Below are positions 34,601-46,600 of a DNA stretch of 64,000 bases, piece after piece. Where the stretch lies: positions 23,994,001 through 24,058,000 of the forward strand of contig CM052850.1 of the NCBI GenBank assembly GCA_028534125.1. Reading direction: 5' to 3'. The notes under the pieces were generated by a model. That model was not told where the DNA came from and did no database searches. It saw only the letters and a program-made list of their open reading frames with translations. The position numbers were made by a program, and so were the translations under genes. Each line of letters opens with the position of its first letter. The first letter of the stretch is position 1. The stretch comes from Lama glama. Its lineage: Eukaryota.

Positions 34601-37600
34601 AGGAATCTACACGCCGTGTCACTTGCTCTGCCCCCGAGAGAGGACGTGAGGAGGTGGGAATTTTACCTTTCCTGAGGCTCCAAGATACGTTCTTTCCTTC
34701 GTAGCCACACGGCCCTGCTCGGCCCCCTCGGCCTGCGTGTCTGCCCCTGGGGGACTCCTGAAGGGACTGCACGCGCACGGGGACGCCTGGACCCACGCGG
34801 CCCTGTCACCCACTTCCAAGTGGGCACTCAGCCAGGCGGACACGGGTGTTGGCAGGCTCTGGTCACATCCTTGCTGTGTGTCCTGGCATGGCGCTCTCCC
34901 TCTCTGAGCTATCTTCTGTTCTCAGGGTGAGGGTAACATCCTGCCTTAAAGATACTAGTGACTGGGGGAGAACACGAGCTCCAGGCACAGCGCTGCATGC
35001 AGCAGATGAGGTCCACCAACCATGGCCACCCCGTTCCCTGCCCCCACTGCCTTCCCCCATCCCCAGCAGCACAGCCCGGGGCTCTCGCTGGGAGGGGCTG
35101 GGAGAGCAGAGTGCTGCGCATGTGTGCGTCTTGAGACCCAAATTGGCCCCATTTTGAGGGAGAACCTGTCCCGTCTGGGCAGAGGTGGGGGGTCAGCCCT
35201 GGCCGCCAGGGCAGCTGCTGCCTGTCCCGACAGCATGGGTGCTTCCAGGCCCAGGGCAGCCTCCGCCACAGACCCTCGTGCCCCTGAGACCCTCGTGCCA
35301 GAGACCGTCGCCTTCGGTCTTTGGAGAAAGGGGGGTCTCAGGACGCGACCAGGCCCACGCTGCACGTTCTGCAAGGAGCCTTGGGCTGCAGTTTGGGTCT
35401 GACCCCATGTTGGTGGTCCTGGTTGTACCCATGAGACCCTTTGTCAGTGCCAGGCGAGGGCTCCCCAGCTGCAGGGCAGTGTGGGAGCCCGAAGTGTCGG
35501 CCGCTGCTCAGGGAAGGTGCGTGAGACTCAGGGCCGTGCTGCCTCCCCACCCCCGGGAGCACGTAGGGCAATCCTGACCGGTTCCCCTCTGGTCCCTCTG
35601 AGGCCAGTCGCCTCTTCTGGGGGCAGAGGGGGCAGGGTGGGCTCTGGAGCCACAAGGCCTGTTTGCATCCCACATCCAGCCCTCCCAGCAGGGCGTGGGG
35701 GGTGCCGAGCGGCCTCACCGAGCTGGTCTGCCAAGAGCACAGACACCGATTCCGCCGCCCGCCAGAGAAGTGACCCGTCAGCCCCGAGCGCGGCTGGGGG
35801 GTAGCAGGCGTCTGCTGTCTGCAGGCCTCGCCTCGCGGCTGGCTTTGCGGGTGGGTCTGGTCTCCGCTGGGCCCCCGGAGCCTCCTAGACCGAGGTCCTG
35901 TTCCTGGGAGGCCTGGGAGCACTCCCCGCTCTGTCGAGGTTGGGGGTGCAACTCTGCCCAGCAGCGGTGCCGTCACACAGCCAGCCGGAGTGAGGCGGGA
36001 GGCGGGGCTCTCCTGTTGGGCCTCCTGAAATCTGCTTCTTTTAAAGAAAATAGCTGAACAGATGAGGGGAGAAAAGATCCCGCCCGGCACGCTCAACGGC
36101 ATGTGTTCTGGGTGCATGGCCGCAGGGCTTGGCAGCGCAGCACTTCCTGGGGCGTCTGCAGCCCCGTCTGTCGTGTCGCATGGGTGTGAGCGCAGGGGCG
36201 TCTTGGCACCTTGTCCTTCTCTGTCTTCCAGGCCAGGGATTTGGAGGAGAGCGAGGCCTATGGAAAGGAGCTGGGCTTGCCCTCTGCAGGGAGCCAGATG
36301 GGAGAGGAAGGGTTAGTGGGTGATGCCTGGCTCTGGGGCATTTGGACAGGACGCCTCCCCAGGCCATGTTGGTGCAACAGTGACTTCCCCTGACACCTCC
36401 CAGAAGCCCCCTCTGCCTCCCTTCGGCCCACCTTCCCCCCTTCTCCCTCGTGTACCCCCTCTCTGCCCCTCATGTACCTTCACAGGCAACACGGGAACCC
36501 ACCATCCTCCCAGCCCCCGTCCTGCTCACTGTCAAATAATTGGCCCCTGAAAACGCATCTCGTGATAAAGATCACCCTTGCCTTTGCTGGCTGGGGCTTA
36601 GTGACCATCACATGATGGTGCGCTGGGGACAGGAGCGTACCGCTGGCTGGAGGCATGAGGCGGGGTGAGAGCTCCACGGACAGCGTGGTGGGTGGACAGG
36701 GCCCCGGCTGCTCCGACCGTGGAGAGGCTGGCAGGCCGGTCGGGAGTGCCCCGGGCCAGGGAGGGAAGCAGGCCTGTGCAGCCTGTGGGGCTCTTTCCCA
36801 GGGGTTCTCCCTGAGCTGTAGGTTGGTGGAGCCATCGACCTTTGTGCGGCCGAGGGCAGCCCTGTGCACACCGAGTGCCCGGCTGGCCCCTCTGCCAGGC
36901 CTGTGGGGAGTCCAGGGGGCTCTCACCCCACTCCCTGCCTCCGTGGGCTGGCGGTGGGGACTTCGTCTCTGTGCTTCTCATGTGGTTGTGTCTGAGGGTC
37001 GCAGGTGGCTGCCTGCGCTGCTGCTTGGTCCCCACCCCAGACCTGTCACGGCCACCTGCAGCCGGCACCCCAGCTGTCCCTGCGGCGTGGGCCTCTCCAG
37101 CCCTGCGAAGCCTGGAGTGACTCCGGCCACAGGAGTGGGCATCTCAGGAAGGTGTCCCAAGGGTCCAGTTTCAGGAGGTCGTCACTGTCCGTCATCTGCT
37201 CTCTGTCCCTGCCCTGAGTGAGGTGGCCTGACTCACTCTGCAGTGTGCCAGGGATGCAGGGTGCGTGCGGTGTGACTGAGGCCTGGCCTTGCCCCACCAC
37301 CACCACCCACCAGTGTGCCAGGCAGGGGTGGTCCTGGCACAGAAGTCCTTGTTAAGGGCATCCAGTAGGTGCTTAACGGCTGTTTGCATGGCTGGTCGAG
37401 CAGGCATCTAGGAAGTCCATGGGCGTCTGTGTTGTTGTAGTTTTATTTCCAGCCTCCGTCCTGCTCCCCTTGCCACGATGTTGGGGTCTCAGCTGTTAAT
37501 TACATGTGCCCAGGCGGCCTCGGGCGCTAATCCGTGAGGTCAGATGACAGAGGTGACGCCCTGCCGCCTGTCATCTCCCATCCACATGCGTCTTGCTGAC

Positions 37601-40600
37601 TCTGGCCGCATACCGCCAGTTAATTACTGCCTTCGCAGCCGCTCTGAGAACGGGGGTCTGGCCGATCACGCTAATTGGCGGGTGCATGGTAAGGGATCGA
37701 TCTGGCTGCGGAGTGACAGCCTGTCCGGCCCACCCCCAAGGGGTGAGGCTGCTAATTGCCCGAGGCCTCCGCGGGCAGGCACACCTGGCCCCTGGGCTCC
37801 CGGTCTCTCGCTGGCCCCTCCTGCTTCCTCACTCCCCCGCATTTAGAAATGAGGCGGATCGGAGAGACCGAGCTAATGGCACGGGGGCGGAGGCTGGGAG
37901 GGTGGGCTGAGAGGTGGCAGGGCGCAGCCAGGTGGGAGCCAGGTGGCCCTGGGTCCCCACATGCACATGGTGTGACCCCTGAGCCGTCAGACTCTCCTGG
38001 TTGCGAGGCCCCAGGGACTGCAGCAGGCGGGGCTCTGAAAGGTCTGCTCTCAGCCTCCCCTCCCTCTGCCTGGTCCCTTAAGGAGCAGAGCCCCCTGACC
38101 TTGACTCCAGCTTTTCCTCCAGGCACTGCAACCTCTGTCTTGACTGCTGGGGGCTCTTGTGTTTGTTTTTGTTTGTTTCTTTACTTTTTTAACTTCACAG
38201 TACTTTCGTCCCTCCACAAGCATAGTTTCCACAGGGCAGTCCGGGGTGCAGGCCGGGCACACAGTAGGTCCTCCAAGGCGTCCATGCACCTGGGGCTGAG
38301 GGTGGGGGGAGTGTGAGCAGCAGTCAGGGTAGGACCCTCCCCAGGAGCCCAGAGGTGGACACACCCCAGTGTCCACGGACAGATGACCAGTTGAACAAAA
38401 TGCAGTCCATCCGTATGGTGGGATATTAGTCGGCCAGGAAAAGGAATGATATCCTGACTCGGGCGTCCCTGTACACGAGCCATGGAGGTATCATGCTGAG
38501 AGGACAAAGCCGGGCCCAACAGGCCATGAAATTCCGTTTCCATGAAATGTCCAGAAGAGGCAGATTTATGGGGACAGAGAGCAGGTGGGTGGTTGCCAAG
38601 AGCTGGCAGAGATGACAGGGACTGCTGATGGGGACAGGGTTTCTCTTTGGGGAGAAGGAGAGGTTCGAGTGTTGACTGGTGCTGGTGGCACGGCTGTGAA
38701 TGTACTAAAAACTAGTGAATTGCGTACTTGATGTGGGTGAGCGTCAGACGAGAGAGTTACAGCTCAGTAAAGCCATCATGACCAAAAAAAGAGCAGTAGG
38801 AATTCCATGGAAGTTCCTTTTTTAAAGAGAAAGATTTCTCGCCTGGTTTCCCCCCGCTTCTCCTGACATTTAAATTGAGACTATTACCAAAATCTAAGTG
38901 TCTGCGGGAAAGTACATAGACCGTAAGTGTCCGGCAAGGCGGATTTTCAGAGTGAACCACGTCTGATCAGGAAACGGTGAGGCCCTGGCCACCATTCTGC
39001 CCGCACTGGGTACAGCATCTGGATCCCATTTTTTGTCTTCCTCGCTCAGTGGGATTTGTGCCACCCACCTGCATGGCTGGGGGCTCTGGTGGCTTTTTAC
39101 TGCCCCCCCCAGGGGCCCCCGTTCTGAGTTTCCCTTTGGAGCTGCTGGGCCTGTGTCTTTGGTGGATGGCAGCCAGGTCCAAGGGGTTACCTGGCCCTGG
39201 TGTGGGCAGAGATGGTGCTTTGGAAGATGTACCCAGTGTCCCCAGGTTGAGCAAACCTGGTGAGAGAGCAGGGATGCCCTGTGCTGACTTGTGATGGATG
39301 GCAGCGGCCAGCTCCACGCCCCAGGGCTGGCCGGGTCAGCCGAGACCCGCCTCTTGCTGCTGTCCCGAGGCTGGCTTCTCATCTGCTTGTCAGGTGTAGC
39401 TTGTTTCAAAATCTTGGGGGCTGCCCCCCTGGGAAAGGAAGGTGGCCTTGTTGTCTGCCATTGGCTGTCTGTGGGCAGTAATGACATCTGACCCAGAGCC
39501 ACGGAGCTTGCCCCAGCCACTGGGCGGCATGGCTGGGACTTGGACCCAGGGCTCGGTCTCAGTGGTTGGCCCTGGCCACTTTGGGGTTGCAGAACTGCTG
39601 GTGCGTGGGCTGAGGTTAGCGAGTCCATCTGGGGAGTTGAGTCACACCTCAGGGGCAGCAGCCTTCAGGTGACGGCTCACTGTCCTTGTTGCCAGACGCT
39701 GATGGGTGGGAGCTGGGAGTGAGGGGGTGCCTGGACTTGGTGGTGTTCCCGCGGTCGCCGAGCAGCTCGGCTGGGGGCAGATCTGGCTGGACCTGGTGTC
39801 TCTTCGTGGGGCTGCCCTGCACAGTGTGTGAGCCACGCACAAGCCTAGGGAGTCACACTGGAGCTGCCCAGCCGGGAGCACCCTGGCCAGGGCAGAGCTC
39901 TGTCCAGACAGCTGTGGGCCCTCAGCATCCGTGCTGGCCCCGTCTTCCTCCCCCACCCCCAGGGTTGCAGGAGCCCCCAGTGGGCCCCCTCAGAGGGCAG
40001 TATTTGCAAGATGGGGGTCCTCTGTAGCCAGATCCGCCCAGATCAAGGCTGGCATCCACCCCAAATCAAAGCCATAGGAGGAGTGTTCAGGTCCCAGTGC
40101 CTCCACCTCTGGCCACGTGAGCCCACGCAGCCCCTGTGACTGTGGGCAAACGTGGTGCCTAGAATTTGTTGAAGCTGTGCCGTGGAATAAAGTCCCCTAT
40201 TTGGCCTGCCCCAGACACAGGGCCCCGGGAGCTCTCCGTGGCTCTCAGACGAGGTGGGGTTTGCCTTGGGTCTGTGTCGCGGACCTGCGTGCCAGAGGGG
40301 CTTCTGTGTGAGTATGTGCGGGGGTCCCTTCCACCCCCAGGCTGCAGCCCAAAACAGTGCAGGGTGTGGGTATGCCCACAACTGAACCTCGTTGGGCCTG
40401 GGTGTGGCTCTCAGGAAGCCACCCCAAACAGCAGAGCTCCAGGGGCCACTCTGCTACCCCTCTGCCAGGATATGCCTCAGTCACAGACCAGAGACACGGC
40501 AGGAGGCATCGGGGCGAGCCTGGTGCCTGCTGGGCTTGGGGGCGCTGACGCACCCGGACCCTGTCACCCCTTCCTCACACACGGCCCCTCCTCTCCGCCC

Positions 40601-43600
40601 CTTGTGCTGCTGGCCAGCTTGGCTTAATATGGGTGCCTTCTTTCTTGGGACCCAAGATGAATTCCTCCCAACCCCTAGGGCCCTGCCCTTCCCTCCCCAC
40701 CCGCCCCCGCCACCCTCTGGAACTGCCAGGAACTAAACTGACCCCTGCCAGCCTGGAAGCCCCCAGGCCTCCCTGGGGGGGCCACACATGGGAGTGATGC
40801 TTGGGGCGGGGACACCTGTTCAAGCTACTGTGTCTTTCTCCCGCAGGGTCTTCACTGAGCAGCGAGTCATCCCCCGTGTCCTCTCCAGCCACCAACCACA
40901 GCTCCCCCGCCAGTACGCCCAAGCGTGTGCCCATGGGCCCCATCATCGTCCCCCCCGGGGGCCACAGCGTCCCCAGCACACCCCCCGTAGTGACCATCGC
41001 CCCCACCAAGACCGTCAACGGCGTCTGGAGGAGTGAGAGCCGGCAGGTGAGTGCAGGGTGTGTGGGTGGCGGCCAGATACGGCCACAGGCCCTGGGAAGG
41101 CGGCCTTCCGCAGAGCAGGCCTGGATTTGGGGTTGAAGCCTCTCCCTGAGTCCTCACGTGGTCGCCTTCTGTGCGTATGTCTGTGTCCTGGTCTCTTCCT
41201 AGAAGGACAGCAGTCCTGTTGGGTCGGGGCCCACCCTAGTGACCTCGTTTTAACTTAATCACCTCTTCAAAGATCCTGTGTCCAAGTAGGGCCACTTTCC
41301 AAGGTCCTGAGGGTTAGGACTCAGCCTCATGAATCTGGGGTAGACTCAAAGCTTGAAACGGTGTTTGCGCAGCGTAAGCACGTGGTGAACAGTAGCTGTT
41401 GTTATTTATTGCACACACAGGGTTGAAGCAGCGAAAATGCCAGCCCGTATTTTCACAGGTCACGTTTTCCTGTTTCTGTCTTAACTTCTGGCACCTGCCC
41501 ACCCCAGGAGGCCCTTTCCCACACTTGGGGGTCCCCAGATGTGCCCTGCCCAGGTGACCTGGTTGAGCAGGCGTCAGTGGCCTTGGGAGCAGTTCTCAGT
41601 ACCGGCCCTGGGGCTGAGCCCGGCCAGCCTCCACCCGCCCCAGCTCCCAGATGCTCCCAGCCTGCAGGGGCCTTTCCTGATTAAGAACCCTAGCGCTGCA
41701 CTTCTCTCCTGGATTTTTCTGCCGAGTTCCCAGAGGGATAGCACCACTTGGAAATACTAATTAAACCACAAAGAAAGTGGAGGAAGCGGTGGGGGGGACC
41801 TCTCACCTCACCCCATCCCTGCTCTCTGCCCTGCTGGCTCCGGTTGGGGGACGGGCACCAGGGCCCCACCTGGTCATCACTCAGGGTCTCTTTGCCCTGG
41901 AGGTTGGAGGAGCCAGCCTCCATCCACAGAGGTGGATCCCTGGATTCCTGGAAATAGGCCAGTACCCCCAGCTGAGTGTGGCCCTAGCTTGACCCCTACA
42001 TCTGAGGTGACGGGCCTTCCCAGATGGTCACTTGGCCACGGCTCCATGCCCACCCAGAGGCTGCTCTCCTGGCTTTGTTGCAGTTGGGAGACGGGGCGGC
42101 AGGGCTGGGCCTGGCGGGCGGGTCCCGGCCTGAGCCCCCCCAGTCCTGGTTTGAGGGCGAGGACAAGAGGTCTTCGCCAGAGCCTCCTGCCTCCAGAGGG
42201 TCCCCTGGCCCCCTAGCAGTCAGCCTTGACCGCAGGACCCTGACCTCGTGACCCTCCTGACTCACTGGGCCCAGGTGGGTTCTGGGTCCTGATGCGTCTC
42301 TGGGTCAGCCCTGGCTGGTGACGGTGCCCATGGCCCGAATCCTCCCTGTGGTCCTGCACACGGCAGCTGCCCTTCGAGACCCAGGAGCCTCCCAGCTGTC
42401 TCCCTCCTGGATGCTCACATGCCTTCGCTGTGGGCCTCCTACCCCCCAGCCTGGCCCTCCCTCCTCAGGGGTCCTGACTGCCTTAGAAACACTCAGTAAC
42501 CCCAGAGGAAGGGCCGTGGTGGGTCTGCCCCGCCGTTTACTGAGCCGGCAGTTCATGAAACACTGATGCCACCAGGGAGGGCGAGGGGGACAGAGCTGGA
42601 TTAGCGGATGATGTACGGCTTGTTAGCTCCCGCACAAAGGCTCAGCGGAGAATTTAATCCTCCTGGGGAGGGGAGACGTGAGGACAGGAGAGGGAGTCGC
42701 TTCCTAAAGTCCTGGCACATGAGTCACGGGGGTGGAGCTCCTGTGCGGCAGGGAGTCATGGGGGGCCTCGGGGCCTCTGTGCCGGGGTCACCGGTATTTC
42801 CCGGGTAGTGGGAGCCATGAGAGGACAGATGAAATGACAAATAGTCTGTTTTAAAGCTCACAGGGCATGTCTGCCCGTCTGCCTGTGGAACCCTTCCTAA
42901 TCACCAGAGAATGAAGGGTTCTCCCGCTCCCCCCTCCCCCCCCCCGTCCTCCCTCCTTCCATCTCTCCAGCTGCGCCTGAGGCCGCCCGCCACTCAGAAG
43001 CGAGAGCCGCCCACCGATGCCCCAAGGTGCAGGCCTGGCCGCCGCCGTCGGGGGCCTTGGGGGGGCCAGCTGAGCCTCCCAGGCCTGGCCAGGACTGAGG
43101 GGTGCTGCCCCAGCCCATCCTCCTGACCTCGTTCCCAGGTGCCTGTCACAAGCTTGGCAGGGCGCCAGCCAGACGGGAGACGCGTGGGTCTGGCACTGGA
43201 CTCCCTGCCCGCTGGCCCTCCCCGCCCCCGGCCCCCCCGGCTCTGTATTTGTCCCCAGCTAGCCGGGAAGGTGCCATCTGGCCCAGCTGCCTTCAGGCAG
43301 GGCTTTGTCCCGCCAAGGGTTGCGGGGGGCTTCTGAGGACGTCTCTGGGCTGGGGGCGGTGGTGCATCCGGGCCCTTCCTCTGTGGCAGGGGCTGCCTGG
43401 GCCCCCCCCCCATTGGATTTAGCAAACACAGTCAGAAGCATGGGGAAGGGGGTGATGGCCTGGTTTGCCTAGAGCTTCTCCCCACATTTTATCCTCGAAT
43501 TGAGGTCCCCTTCCAAGGACTCTGCTGTCCTGGGCTGAGGGTAGAGCTCCTTGGCCGCTGTCTCCCAGCCACTCCTGCCCGAGGCGGAGGTGGGGCCTCG

Positions 43601-46600
43601 CTGCCAGTGTGGAGGCAGAGCCCAGGCCACCCGGCCCGTCGATCAGCGCAGCATTTGTCAGGGGAGCTGCACTGGTACCTGGGGGCCCTCAGGCTCCAGC
43701 TGCTGTGTCCCCTTCTGGAGAATGTCTCAGGGCCATGCTGTTCCTTGTTTAGTCCACCCCAGACTTTGGGCAAAGGGCCTCTCCACCCCACAGTGGCCCC
43801 TGTGAGGGGCAGTCAGCCCTGTGCTGGTGCCGGTGGAGGGAGGGGTGTGGGGGGAGCCCAGTGCTGATGTGGGAACAGCCCCTTGGATGAGGAGCACAAG
43901 GAGGGGGCTCGGCTCGGTGGTGCGGCTGCCATGCACGCCCCGCTTCCCCCTTACGTCTGTCTGCACGCTGTCCCCTCTGCTCTGTGAGGGCTGCTGTGAT
44001 GGCCCATCTGACAGCCAGGGAAACCGAGGAGCAGGCACTTGCAGGACCCGTCCTGGGTCTTCAGGACCAGACCACAGTCCACCCTGCGCCTGGCCCAGCC
44101 CGTGTAGGCGTCTCCTGAAATCGGGAGGTGGGAGTTCTGGGCTCCCTGCCCTGACCCGGGATTGGTGCGCCTGTGTGCCCCACCCTTGACACCTGCCTCG
44201 TGAGCACCCCTCCTGGGAAGGGCAAGTCGGGGTTCACGCACTGCAAGGACCCCGCCGGGAGACTGGAGGGGTTGTGCTGACGCGCGGGAAGGGAACAGAT
44301 GTTGCCGCTCATTAAAAATTCCAATCAGCGGCCTGTCTCCTTCAATTAATGATCGCTGCCGTGTCTCCTGGAGGACCGAGGAGGGCGGGGTAGTGGCCCG
44401 GCCCTGGCTTGTTTGGTAAATATGCCTGACGGATGGGCCCTGCCTGCTCTGCGGCGTCACCCCTGCTGACGTGGAGGACGGGTCACGGGGGTGGGTGCAG
44501 TCCATCCCTTGTTGCCCACGAGGGGAGTTAGGTCAGCTGGGGGGCTCTGCTGCCCCGTCTCCTGACTCCAACAGAGGGAGACCATGGGCAGAGCTGGGGC
44601 TGCGGGGGTTGGAGGAACCAGGGGAGGACGTCCTCTCGGGGACGGGCTCTTGTCGCTGCCTTGTGTGTGGTGGTCGTTCCTGGGTACGTGCCGATTCAGT
44701 GAGGAGGCAGAGGCGTGTTGGCCCCCCTTGTTCTCAGGGTGTTGGCGTTCCGGGCCGTGGTGGAAACACCGCAGGTTTAGGTGGACAGGCCTGGGTTCGT
44801 GTCCTGCTTTGCTGCTGGCAGGAGTGGCCAGACCTGACCCCGGGCGGGGGGTGCCGTGCAATCAGCCCCAGGAAGGGCCAGGCTCCGGAGCTCTCGGGCT
44901 CAGGGCCACCGGGGCCGGCAGCATCCTCGCCGAGGCTGTGCAGGGCTCTCGTGGTGATGGAGCCCTGGCTGCGCCCAACGCTCTGCGCCTTACCTTGCGG
45001 CTCTTGTTAAGCCACGTGAATAACCAGAGTGACGGGACCTTTCGACGGTCGTGGAGCTACACGCCCTTGCGGATGGGCATGTAGAACGTTCCTCTGTGTG
45101 GCCAGGGGTGACGGGGGCCGACTTTTTCCCGTTCCTGCCTTGAGCGAGCCCCTTCTGGTTCCCCGGGGTCTGCCTCGCCGGCCAGGCCCCAGGCCTCACT
45201 CTCTGTCCGGGAGTCTGGGGTGGGCGGGTGGTGGGGGCACAGCCCCTAGCACCCCCAAGACAAGTCTGGCCAGTTGAAGCCCCACAGCTGCCTGCTCTGG
45301 CTGGTGCCAGGGCCACCCAGGGTTTGGTGGCAGGGTAGGCCGGCATGTTCAGCCTGGGGACAGCGCCAGCTTCTTGGCCACATCTCCATGGGCATTGGGG
45401 GCGAGGTATCTGTGATGCAGGCTGGCAACTGCCAGCACAGCTGATGTCCCGGCCCCTGGGGTGCCTGTGCGCACCTGGTGATCAGCAGGCAGGGCCTCCA
45501 GACGGTTCTGTGTACGCACTGTCGGCAGAGCTCTCTTCCTAGGGTGCTGGGATCTTCAGTTTGGAGCTGGCGTGCCCCTGTGGGAGATCTGCTTGGATGG
45601 GCATGGGTGCGTGTGTGAGGCGGGGTAGGTCCCTGCGTGGCTGTGTCCCTTGTGGGCACTCGGCTTGGGGACCTATGTCCGATCCTGGAGGGTCTATCCT
45701 TGCCCGTTGACTGAGGAGAGCGCAAACCCGTGTCTGCTTTTCTTCCTGTTGTGCCTCCCACGCCCTGCATACCGTGGGCTTGGGCGAGAACCCTGAGAAA
45801 AGGCCATCTCTGGAACGTGCGTTAAAGGAGCACCCCCGCCCCGGGGGTCTGGGGGAAGGCCCAGCCCGTCCTTGCTGGCAGCGGCGCAAGCTGGCCGGCC
45901 GCCTGCCTTCTCGCCCCGCCCTGACCGCTGCTCTCTGCCCTCCAGCAGGACGCCAGTTCCCGGGGCAGCAGCGGCGGCCGTGAGCGCCTCATCGTGGAGC
46001 CCCCGCTGCCCCAGGAGAAGGCGGGGGGCCCAGCCATCCCCTCCCACCTGCTCAGCACCCCCTACCCCTTTGGCATCTCCCCCAGCTCGGTGGTACAGGA
46101 CTCCCGCTTCCCACCGCTGAAGTAAGTACAGGTCGGAGGCCCGGCAGTTGGGATGTGCGGGCTGGGGTCTGGGCTCCTGAAGCCGGCAGTGTGAGTCCAC
46201 ACCAGATGAGCCTGAGAGCCGCCAGATGGTGGCTCAGCCCTGGGTCGGAAGCCCCGTCTGCACCCACCGGCCATTTCCCCGCTGAGCTGATGGCTGGCTC
46301 TGCCGCCCACCCAACAACCCTAAACGCCCAGCCTGGGCTCCTGGGCCGGGAGTCCCTCCAGGCTCCAGGTAGGAGGCCTGCGCCCACTGGTGAGGACAGC
46401 AGCTGCCCACCTCTGTGCCCAGGGCCTCCTGCCTGGACCTGTTCCCAGAGACCTGTCTTTGTGAGGGGTGCGGGGAGGTTGGCCTGTTTTCCAGCCTGGA
46501 GCAGGAGCTCCGCTCACCTCCTTTGGTTGCTCCTTCCATCCTGCTTGCAGCCTCCAGCGGCCTGTGCACCACGTGGTGCCCCCCAGCACAGTGCCCGAGG

